DNA from: Lingula anatina
Taxonomy: Eukaryota > Animalia > Brachiopoda
Assembly: GCA_051362555.1 (NCBI GenBank)
Contig: JBPQGU010000016.1
Coordinates: forward strand, 6,324,001-6,388,000
Direction of reading: 5' to 3'
DNA: 64,000 bases
How positions within the stretch are numbered: position 1 is the first letter of the stretch; every line of letters begins with the position of its first letter. The translations under genes were made by a program, and so were the position numbers. Below, piece by piece: positions 38,401 through 50,400 of the stretch. The notes beneath the pieces are model-generated. The model was not told where the DNA came from, did not search any database, and saw only the letters and a list, made by a program, of their open reading frames with translations.

Positions 38401-41400
38401 AACACTTCTGCTTCTGTTACAAATTTCCCCCCTGTAAGCTTTTTTCCACACGACAATGGGTCAAGGTTTTCTTCTTCAGGTATATCACTGCTGTTGAGGA
38501 TGCATTCTTGGTCTAGATCAGATTCCTGTTCACTGCTAATGTCTACATCTATTATCGGTGATTCAATGTTCCGTATGTATCTCCAAGAGAAGAGAGAAAT
38601 GGTTTGGACTGAATTCCTGCATAGTGTGGGGCACCTTAGTATTCGTCCACATCATGATGGCTTGTGGTAAGGGAGAGCTACTGACTCCTCTTCCAGCTAC
38701 TTTTCTTGATAGGGGGGTGCTCAAAAAATGCTCATTCAATACAGGGGGGCAATATGACCTAAAAAAACAAAAATAATTAATCAAAAATTGGACAAAAAAT
38801 TTGCCCTATAAATAGACATTGGGAACCATGTTGCAAGAAATACAATCATGTAAGATTATTGTCATACAAATGTGGATTTTCCTCAATTTTAATTCTTAGG
38901 TATGTTAACAGGCTCAGAAAGATAATACATGAAGGTGTTCTTTTGACATTTTCTGCACCTTAACAATATTGTTAGTTAGATTATATAAAACTGATGGTAA
39001 ACTGTTAATGAGTATCGTGTCATATCTGTGTCATATAAACAGTCTCATATATTTCAATACAGTTATCATATTCAGTCTTTTATTATGTTCAGAATCTCAA
39101 AATAGAGCAAGCTGTGTATTTGTAATTGTTCTATTGAAAATTTTCACATCTCAGCAATTTTGTTAGTTCATCATGAAAATGAAAGTATACGGGTCATTTT
39201 GTATTATGTATTATGTGTTGAAAATGGAGACAAACTTATTTCAGTACAGTTATCTCTTGTTGGCATTTTCAAGGTGTGACTTTGAACTTCCATTGGCTTG
39301 AAGCCATTTGCTAGTCACATTTTCTGAATGTACATGTTATTGTATTTGATAACTAAAATTGGTGGTAATCAGACTGTTAAGCATTATGTAATATTACATC
39401 AAAATTTAAGAAAACCCTATTTTGGCCATCGCTACCATAGTGACCATGTTACCTGTTTCTGAACTACAAAAGGGAATATCAGACTAAAATGCAGCCTAGA
39501 AAAAGCAGGCAAATTAGTCTTTATTTATTTTTTTTTGGGGAGGGCATTTGCAATGGGGTACTTAGAAACTGATTGGTAATCAAATATTCTGAATGTTCAT
39601 GTTATTTTTATTTGATAATTAAAATTTGGTGGTAATTTTGCCGTTTATCATTATGTAATATTGCATCAAAATTGACCAAAAAACCTTTGTGCACTGCCAC
39701 AACAAACGTTATGAAAACTTACTTAATATATTTTTTTTACCTTACAAGATTGACATACTGCTGTTGTGCATTATTGATATTTGATGTAGACTTTGCATAA
39801 TGTTTTATTGCATCAAAATTGAGAGTACTTCATTATTATATTCTGCTTTTTGTCTATATACTTGATAGGTTTGCTTTTGTTTATATTGTGAATGATTCTC
39901 TGTATTTACTTCAACAATTTTTAAGGCAAAAATTCAAGGTCCCACTTTTACATTTTACATACTTTATTTTGCATTGAAAAGGATACTCTTTTTCTTCTTC
40001 TTTGCCTTCAAGTTCTTTGCCTTCAAGTTCCACGAAAAGTACATGGGAACCTTTGTCAATACTGAATTGTAAAGACTGCTTGTATAGACGATTCCCACAT
40101 AAAAATAATTTCCTTCTAATGGAACATGTGTAACTTTTTAAAAATGTTTTTTAAAAATTATTTTATTTCTCAATATACTAGATTCAATACTAAACATTTC
40201 AAAATAAAATTTCAGTTTTTCCAATATCTAACTTACATCTTTAATTTTTTTTTCTGAAAAAAATATTAATTCTAAGCATACTTAAGTTGGTAGTGTCATT
40301 GTGAGCACAAAGAGTTTTTTGGGTGAGAGGTTTGAAAATGTTTGTGTTTCCTACATTTCTCAGCACTGAATGAATTATTTATAATTACTTGTCTCCTTGT
40401 TGCTTTCAATTTGCCTTTCTCATGTTTTAATCCTAAGAAACTAGTTAGGTTTTTCTAAAGAATGAAAATTGAAGATTAATGAATGCTTTGACTGTGGGAT
40501 AAGCATGACTTTACATGTATAAATAATATACCCATATTGCACAACAAGAAGTAAAAATTTACCTCAAGGCAATTTGCAGTGCAGCACTGGCAGCATAAAT
40601 TGGTGTCATTCCAGACCAGCTTCCTGGGTTACAGGCTGCCCTCACTTCATCTGCACAGGGTTCTGTCAGAGTGATGTCCAAGTCCCTTTTATATCCTACA
40701 CACTCAGTATCATAATGGTCCTTGTAGCTTAGAATTTCCAAAGCTGTTAGAAGTCTTAGGTGTTTGTGGTGTTCTTGAGTGCCATAAAGCCCCAGAGATA
40801 AGGCTCTGTTGAAGCAGTTACCATCTGTGCCCACCTCCAAAGGTCTAAAATGATAAAAAATGACAATGCTCTGTAGAAGTAAGCAATTGTGAGGAACCCC
40901 CTTAAGACCATCCCGGGGCCCCACATTACATTAAATACCCTTTATAATAAAATAACCCCAGGGGTTGGGCTCACATCTTTGGATAACGCTATCTGTGATA
41001 CTGCTATAGAGATTCCCAGGTTCCTTGTCTTAAATTCTGCACATGGAAAATAATGAAATGACTCCATGTTGTAACTTCAACAGAATATATTTTGCTACAT
41101 TAAAAGTTACATGATGCAAGTATGACATCTCTTCTCCTCTCTCTAGCTCTCCCTCTAGATTTTTGTTTACAGGTTTTTATGCTAAACTTTATCAGTGAAA
41201 CTGTCCATCACATAACTTAAAAACTAGGGTAGAAATGTTAATTGTACTTACCAGTTCTGTTTGTACGTAATATAGCTACAGTTGCTCTTAGGCTGACAAT
41301 GCTCGTGTGTTGCTGTAGAAATGGCAGAGGCTTCTTTCTGTCTGTTCTGTTTACCAGATGGCCTTTTCGGTGGCCAGTGGTAAGTCACGTGACTATTCCC

Positions 41401-44400
41401 GGGGGATAAGAGGGCCTGGTTGATTAGCCCTTTATGACAATTATGCGGCCAGCTCAAGATTCCTATTCCTCCCAATAAATTTATTATACAAGCATAATAA
41501 TATTTTATTGTTTGAAATAGCTCGGTTATGCCAGGATCAGTTTATGTTAACTGTTACTGAATTGGAAGATAGGAGTCGTGAGCTGACCGTGCCTGAGCGT
41601 TTGTTTTTTGGTTTTAACATATATATATTTAAAGTAACTGAATAAACTGATAATTACCATGGCATAAGGTGGGTTCTGCAAAAAACGCCATAACTGGTTT
41701 CCTGTTCCCCCACCCTATTTCGAGACTAATGACAAAGGTAGTAGTTTCCAGATTATAGTCACTTTTATTTACATGTTATGAATGACGAACTAGGAAAGTG
41801 CTATTGGGGGTGGACGGTGGGCACGTATGATAACAAAAGAAACAACATCACAGTATGCTAATGGGCACCCAAGGATGAGACTGAGAGCAGTAATATGGGC
41901 CAGACTAGACTGTAGTAGCATTATATGGTACAAGTGGGCCTATATACAGTTGTTCGGGTGCTACTCAGTTGTGGTCCTGTGGTGCCCTTTGGCTAATGAC
42001 TCTACATGGAGGCTACTGTACACCGCTTGATCAGTAGATAATATCAGCGCGCACTTGTTAACATTATGTACAACATAATTAAAGGCTATCAATGGCACTT
42101 ATTTGGCGTAGCACAATATTATAAGTTCCTGCGTTGTGATAGGGAAGGTCTTGATGGCTACCAAGTGTGTGGCCGTATGGCTTGCGATACATTTTAATAC
42201 CTAATGTATTTGGTAAATGCTGAAGATGTCCAGTGTCCCAGCTGCCGAATGACCTCACTAGACATACCTAAGGATGCCGCAAATGTTGCACCACCTATGC
42301 GAAAAGAATGGCTCTTGAATTGATTACTGTTTAATTGCAAGGAATGGAAAAGGTGAGAGAGAGCCGTAACAAATTGTGCTCTTGATATGGGGTAGACCAA
42401 GTGAGATACAAAAAGCTGAGATGAGGCTGGGTATGGTCTGATTGCCAAATAGTGCTCCAGCTGTTGCACTGGACACAGCAGATATTGTTGTCTCCAGAGA
42501 GTAATTTTACTGGCTAGGTAGGAGGAGCTGTGTTTATGAGACTGCAGTGTGAGAATTGCTTTATTGCTGTGGATTTCCACATTCTCAGCTAATACAGCAT
42601 GCCCCGCAGTTGTCTGAACAAGTTTGCTAATTCGTAGCAAGCCGTAAAAGGCTAGTAACATAATTGTCTGGTAAAGGCAGACGTCATAGGGGCGTGGGAA
42701 AAGGTGGGCACACCGTTGGTGGAGTCTAGTGAGGACATCCAGCGTTATGGGGAGTCTCTGGCTTTGGCATACGCATGTTTATAATGACCCTTCCATGTTT
42801 CCACTACTAAAAAATGTTTAGTTGGGTCTGGCCAGCATGCAACTTTGTATTTGTATGATAGCGCTGATAGTAGCGTACATATTGTCCCAGGGGCTAGCGA
42901 TTCACTGAGAAAAGTGACAAATAATGATGTTGTGACTGCATCACCTGGGAATAATTTTAGTCCAGATTTTAACTCAAAAGGCGTCTATATATTTCTCCAC
43001 TTGTCCATAAGTGGATGTTGTACTAGGAGCTTTTGCCTGTCTCAGGAGTGCGTTACGCTTTGCAGTAATCTGTTGGAGGAAATCAGTGGTGGTAGTTGGT
43101 CCTGCTGTGGATTGGCCTCTGGGTGCAACTGAAAAAATTTTTGCATATGGTTTCTTGAGATTGCATCTGCGCCAGTGTTGTCAATGCCTGCTATATGTTC
43201 TGCTTTACATACAGTGTTATGAGACATAATAAGTAATACTAGAGGTCTGACAATTTGCATTAAGTTGCTATCCTTGGCAGAGGATTTGTTGAGGATGGCA
43301 ACTGTGGCCTCGTTGTCTGTGTGAATAACAACTTTTTTGTCTTGCAGCTGTTTAGCCCAGGTTGTAAGAGACGCAAAAATGGCATATAATTCAAGGATGG
43401 CAACATTGATGAGATTTTCTCCATTTTGCCATCGGCCTTGGATCCAATGGTTGCCAAAAATTGCCCCATAGCCAAAGGATTGGGAGGCATCATTAAAAAT
43501 GTGCCAAGCGTTTTGAGACCAATCGTTGTCATGGATGAAGGCCCGACCATTGAATTGTGTTAGAAAAGTTATCCAAATTTGTATGTCCCGGCGAATTTCT
43601 TTCGTTAGCCTAACTTTATGTCATTTTTTGTGACATGAGCGTGTATAGGCAGGAAAAGGCTTTTCCACCGGGAATCACTGTACAGCAAAAAGCCAATGCT
43701 CCTGTCATTTGTTGCAGGGTTTCCAGTGTAATTTTTTGTTTTTTTGAATATTGCGATAAGAGGCTAACATAGGCATCAATTTTGTCTTGGGGAAGTCTGA
43801 TTTCGCATTTCCGAACGTCTAATTCCAAACCTAAAAAGGACATAACTTGACTTGGCCCAAAAGTTTTGTCTGGCGCCAAGGGAATACCTAGTGACTCACA
43901 CAAGGTGGTGAATTTGGACAATCTGTCCTGACACTGTTCTGCAGTATTACCAAGGATGAGGAAGTCATCTAACAGGTGGACAACATCGTGAATTTGGCAA
44001 TTCTTTTTTGCTGCCCATGCAATGGCGTTATTAAAAATTTGAAAAAGTTGGCAAGCATTTGAGATTCCCATGGGCAAAGTGGTATCGTAGTAAAAAAGGC
44101 CATCAATGGTGAAACCAAGAAGAAAATAAAAGTCCGGATGGATGGGGAGGTTCCGATAGGCATTTTCAATGTCAATTTTGGCCATATGGGTGTCTGGTCC
44201 TAAGTGGAGAATAATATTAATAGCATCTTGTACTGTTTGATATTGCACCGCCGAGAAGGCCTGGGGAATACCATCATTAACTGATTGTCCTTCTGGGTGA
44301 GAGAGGTGGTGGATTCGTCTGAATTTGCCGGGAACTTTTTTGGGGACCACACCCGTTGGAGAAATTATGAAATGTTTCGTTGGTTTTTTTGTAAAAGGTC

Positions 44401-47400
44401 CAGCAATTTTTCCTTGAGCGATTTCCATGTTAACTTTTTCTAAGAGGATGGTCGTGTGTTCATCTGCAGATTTAAGATTGTTTTTGGATGAAAGCGGTAA
44501 GGGACCAAAATAAGGGATTTTGAACCCTTCCGTAAAGCCTTTGACTAGAAAGTTTTTCTTGGTTACATCATAGCTGTGTAGGGCATTGTGCAGAGCTAGC
44601 GGTCGAATAGGTGTGGGCATTCTGGAAAGCCAAACGAGGTGTTCACGGTTCTCCAAAATAAAGGGAATGATGGGGTTATTGGAGTCTTGCATTGGGTCCT
44701 GAGGGATGTGCAGGTCCAAGGTGGGAACTTCCATGTTGGCTAAAGAGATGTGACCCATTAATAGGGCCTGGTAGAAGGCCCGTTGTTGTTGCCGCCCCTA
44801 TTTCCAAATGAACGGCTCCTTTTCTGTGTGCAGTGGTGACGGCCACAGTTGATATGGCGGTGGGTGGGGTGAAGGCATTTACTGCACACGTGTTGGTAGC
44901 GGCATTGGAATTTGTCGCAAAAATCGCCCCTGTTCCATCTTCAGCATATTGGGGGGTTGGTGGCGGTTTGGGCCAAAGAAGAGCGGGTTGAACGAAAGGG
45001 CGGCCTTTGATTTGTGGGGTAGGAGGTAGTGGTATTTGGAGGGGTGGCACATCACAGCGTAAGTTCTTGGTTGGGGATTTCCCATGCATGGCAACCCGTA
45101 CAGCCTATTCTGACGAAATTCTCTATCATATTTCTGCCAGTCCATCCCGGCGATTTTGCTCAGGTGGAGAATATAATCCCCATATTTGAGAAGGTTGAGG
45201 GCTTGATGGGGGAAAAGTCTGACATAAATAGTTTGAAAAACATAAAAGGCCGCTTGCCAATCTGTGAGGGTCAGTGGAGATTTAGAGGCTGGGGTAGCAA
45301 TGACAAATTGGAGATTTCCATTTTCTTCTACCTCACCATTGTATGATATTTTTTGTTTTTTGTTCTTTGTTGAGGAGTTGCCGAAAGTCCACATACTCTT
45401 CCCTGGCAATTTTGTCTCGGATAGGTTGGGGAATGTGCGAGTCCAGAGGGGTGGAAAGAAGGGTTAGGTGGTTACCTGTCAGTCCAGCTTGCATCATCCC
45501 GGGTCCAAGGCCGGCGACCGTGGTGGGTTGCTGGCCTACACCAGCTATAGGAGGCTGCCCCCCTATCCCACCAAGGCCTGCTACGTGAATGGGCTGCTGG
45601 GCTACCCCAGTGTGAGGGAGCTGCCTCCCTACCATGCCCATTCCGGTGCCGGGGAGAAATTGCTGGGCTACGCCAGCCTGAGGAGGCTGCCCCCCTCCTG
45701 TTCCCAGCCACCCCATTGTGGCCATGTACTGGTTCCCTATGGCCTGAGGGTACTGCATGCCTCCACCGCCGAAGGGTATCTGGTTGTGGGTCCCTTGTGT
45801 GAAAAGCTGAGGAGCCCCCAGGGGTTGGCCTACACCTGTTAGAAACCCTGGCCCTTGTCCAATTGGACCTGGTTGTTGTTGAAGTTGTGGATTGTAGGCT
45901 TGACCCAGAGCTGGATTTTGCGTTTGACCCAGTGCTTGGCCTAGAGCTAGACCTTGGGCTTGGCCTGGTGGTTGGCCTAGTGCTGGATTTTGAGCTTGGC
46001 CCTGTGCCTGGTTTGCCCCTTGTTGCATGTTTGCATTTTGCAGCCCTTGCTGTTGTTGCATAGGGGCCTGCGCCTGAAGGGGGGCCTGTTGCTGAGGTGG
46101 GTTGGCCTGCTGATTGGGTAGGCCTTGTTGCTGCTGCTGTTGTTGTGGTTGTGGCTGTTGCTGGGGCAGCGGCTGTTGTGGTGCTGCCTGTCCAGCTGGT
46201 TGATTGCCCATCAGCAGCTGCATAAATGGTCCCATCTGCGGCCCTACAGGGGGGATCCCTGGAGGGTTCATTCTTGATTCCTAAAGGGAAAAACATACAT
46301 TAATAAACGACTCCTACCTGGCAGGTTTAGCCTATTGGCAGTGGCCCCGCCCTCCACATGGGTTGAGTTTTTTTTTTTTTTTTTTTTTTTTAACATTACC
46401 ATGCGGTTATGAATGAGCCTATAGAACTATGCAGTTAGGATGGGAGCAAAATACTAGGCAACTTACTATTAGCCATAGTGCTAGAAGCAGACTTGAGGTT
46501 TTTCCAAAACCTGGAATGGCCGTAAGCGTTAAAATGTGTGCCGTCCATGCACACCATGGCAGATGCAGCTTCATAGGCACCCTTCATTTTCCAAAATTTA
46601 ATGTTTGTTGTGGTCTGCAAAGCCCGTCGTAAGAACGTGTTGGCGAACTTCACTTTCAATCTGTACTGGACTTCCTGTGCTGGGGTCTTGATCCTGCTGC
46701 TGAGCGTAAGGGAGTGTCGTCTGGGTATCAACTGGCCCACAAAAACCACTTGTAGTTGGGCAGCCCAGGTTGTCAGTAATGTCACATACTCGGTAACTAT
46801 CTGTTTAAGTTGGGTTTTGGGCGTATTCCAGGCGATAGCATTGCCCAGCATTTGGCAGAAGAGGCCATCAAAATTCTGAAGTCTACGCAGCACTGGCAGT
46901 TCCTTTATTGTACGTAGTGTTCCACCACTGAGGCCAATCATCGTAATTTTGCATTTGTCTCAGAGGTCCAGGTCTGGAGGACATCTATCGATAGTATCTT
47001 GGTCAATGTTTACAGGGTTCGCCATTTGCTTAATGAGGCTGCTGCCCAACAGTAGTAAATGAGGGCGCGACATACCCTGAAAAATGGAGTGTGTTAGAGT
47101 GACTATTAAGTGAAACATGCAGGATAGGAAAGGGTAGATACTTTACAATAGGGCAGCATTCACATCTTAATGTCGAAGTACTAGGTATGCTTGAAATCTG
47201 CACGTCAGAAGTAGGTAGGGTATTAAGCGAGACGATGACATAAAGTCAACCCTGCGGGGGTAAAAACGGAACAGGGCGTAGCCCAGTGTGTGTGCATATC
47301 AGCGGCGATGCACCTAAGGCTACATGTGTAGGTGCAGAATAGTAAAAATGTTGCCCAGAGCGTGCGAAAAGGTCATGCATTCAGCCCAGGAGGCAGAGCG

Positions 47401-47421
47401 AAAAAGTGCCTTAATGTATGC

Positions 47422-47468
<47 letters not shown>

Positions 47469-50400
47469 AAACCTGGGTGAATCAGCGTGCGAATAAGGCA
47501 AGCCCAAAAATTAGCAGCCAGCGATAGGGCAGCCAGCGATAGTAAGCGATAGGACCAATTGCGTGCGAAGCGTTCGTCCATGGATATATTAATGCCTCTG
47601 AGTGTGGCGAATATCGTATAAGCGGGCTGAATTGAAATATTTATAGTAGGGATGGTTGCCATAATGTAGCGTGCGAAATATGGACCCAAGTCAATTTGCG
47701 TGCAAAACAACATGCAGAGGTCCACCAACAAATGGACAAATGCGCATCAAAATTAGCATATGGATATAGGTGATCAGGATACCATGCGTGTGAAAATAAA
47801 GCAGTTATTCGCTCATGGATCCGCACCAGCAAGCAGGCCCAGGTAGCGTGCTTATGTTGCGTGCGTTGCGTGCGAATATACCCTATTGTGTGAGACAAGT
47901 CATGCAGAATATGGAGCTTGTGAAACAAAAAAACATGTCTTAGGGCCTGGTGGCTGGTTGTTTAGAAATGCAGACAAAGTGCTGGGGAGAACAGCCAGCA
48001 TATGGCCATAAGGGTATACTGGGAGCTCTTCTTAATATAAAGTAAGCAGATCGTTAAATAAAGGAAGCTAGTTAACATTAATGATGGAGTTAGCGTTGGT
48101 CTTGGAGTGGCATTCATTTCCCATGCTGCAGTCACTATGAGCAGTGAAAAGAGAGATTCGAAGTTAAAGACAACAGCGCATACGACATAGTATGGGCACG
48201 CGATATATTACGGGGCTGCAGTGAAAAATGGTGGCAGCTACAAGTTTATGCAAGGGGGGGGGGGTGTCGTTATTCCGAATTTATTGCGTCTGTGAATGCA
48301 GCATGGGTGCGTGATGGCCTAAAGCACAGAAGAATTACCTTAAGCTAGCCATGCAGGGACCAGTGCAAGCGCCTTGCCTGATGTGGTAGTCGAAAAACGA
48401 TCGTATGGATGGTAATCTCATTGCATGGAAGGTACGAAAGCAGCAATGCAATGATTACTTTAGGTAGGTATTGCTCCTAGAGGGGTAGGGGCAATTGCTT
48501 AAAATATAATGGGTATTGAGGCAACTGAGCACAACCCCTTCGTGCATTAAGGAAAGAGCACGACATCCGGGAACTGAGCTATCGTCTCGTAATGGAAGAG
48601 TGGAGGCTGTTCCAATAAGTGGATGTACCCCTCGCATGGCATAATTTTTTTTTGTTGTTGTTGTTGTTGTTTTGCGCGTGACCTAAGGAGCACCGTGTAA
48701 GCAGTATATTCGGTTGTAGTTTTCGTATGAATTGTGAAAGAAAATCCTGGGCGAGGAGACTGACAGACGGGGAAATGAATGAGGGGCACAAAAAGAGCAA
48801 ATTTTGGCGTAGTGGGTTTGGTGTTACCCTTTGTTCCGTGATAGGAGTAATCTGAGCTACAATTGAATTTCGCTCATATTGTAGCGGATCTAGTGCTGCT
48901 TTCGTACCTTACACCGACGGCGAGAGCTTTAGAATTGTTAATTGTACTTACCAGTTCTGTTTGTACGTAATATAGCTAGAGTTGCTCTTAGGCTGACGCT
49001 GCTCGTGTGTTGCTGCAGAAATGGCAGAGGCTTCTTTCTGTCTGTTTATCTATTTATTTGTCTGTTCTATATTCTAGCCACTAGTATCGTATTGTAATTG
49101 ATTGTACCTTTATGCGAAGGTGTTTGTCAATAAAGAATCTGTCTGTTCTTTTTACCAGATGGCCTTTTCGGTGGCCAGTGGTAAGTCACGTGACTATTCC
49201 CGCGGGATAAGAGGGTCTGGTTGATTAGCCCTTTATGACCATTATGCGGCCAGTTCAAGATTCCTATTCCTCCCAATAAATTTATTATACAAAAATAATA
49301 ATATTTACTTGAAATTACTGAAATTGTCTATGACTTATTAAATGTCTCCGACACAATGAGTATACAGACCACTTGGTGCACATATACTATAAAGGTGTTT
49401 CTGATAAAAGGTCAACCTAAAGGATGAGTACTGATAATTTTTGACAAGCTTTTGGTGTGCAGGTCAACGTACATCCGTTACAGAAAATTTGCTTTTCAGT
49501 TTTTAGTTATTGTACTAAAAATAGTTATTAAAAAAGCTGTTTTTTCCCCAAAGCACACTCTCAATAATGCTGCACAAAATGTCGTTTTACCAAATTTTAA
49601 TATGATGTAAATACTAGTATTAGAACGGTTGTACACACTTAATGAAGCTGAGTAAGACCTTTCTTTAGAAAAAGTTATAAAATAAAATACCATAACAAGC
49701 ACTTTCATCACCTTAAAAGTAAGATATGCTTAAAAATAAACTAATTTTTATTACCTCCACCAAGGAGATTATGTTTTCACCCCAGGTTTGTTTGTTTGTT
49801 TGTCATCAACATAACTCAAAAAGTTATGGACGAATTTTGATGGAATTTTCAGGGTAGGTCAGAAATGGGTTTAGAAGTGATGAGTTTTTGGTGGTGATCC
49901 GGTTCAATAATCAATCAATAATCAAAAATAAAAAAGTTATGGACCGATTTTGATGAAGTTTTCAGGAACTGTCAGAAGTGGGCCAAGGAACAGATGATTA
50001 GTTTTTGGTGGTGATCCAGATCAGTAATCAATCAATCAATAATCAAAAATAAAAAACTACATCATTATAGAATGAAAATTTAGGGATGAAACAGCATTGG
50101 GTAGAGACTTTGCTGCCTTGGCAGAGGTCTGCACTCTCAGAGTGCTTATCTAGTTTTATAGTACATTATATTTGGTTTTGATCTTCTTAAGAATGAATGG
50201 GCAACAGATTACCCCAGGAGAAAAAAGATGATCTCACACAGTTTCTAATAGAACCTTTCCCAAAATATGTAGACAAAATAAGTCGGGACAACACATGTGC
50301 TGACCATGTAGCCATAGAACAAATTTGAGAAGCCCTTGCTATTTCCATTACCATTATTAAGGAGGATGGTAATCATACCATAGACAAACATCTAACGTAA

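Larger units (their letters stand above)
41230..49305 (-). mobile_element. Tyrosine-recombinase retrotransposon, Ngaro-like (DIRS order), inactivated
   Basis: ~270-bp direct repeats at 41230-41505 and 48929-49305; ORFs on - in the order SGNH hydrolase, Gag, RT-RNase H, YR; no methyltransferase domain after RNase H, as in Ngaro. Confidence 0.9.

Noticed and set aside
37525-38670. Duplicated + strand ORFs (112 and 145 aa)
   Set aside because: Antisense shadows of the duplicated MULE exon.
45472-46296. 274-aa Thr/Ser/Arg-rich ORF and antisense ORFs over gag
   Set aside because: Alternative frames of a GC-rich low-complexity coding region; no independent motifs.
46960-46962. In-frame TGAs in the hydrolase and the Gag zinc finger as selenocysteine or readthrough
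   Set aside because: Simpler explanation is CGA-to-TGA CpG decay in an element that also has frameshifts.
48378-48397. CTGATG..CGAAA as a hammerhead in the Ngaro leader
   Set aside because: Core is not CUGANGA, there is no stem II, and it is on the antisense strand of the element.
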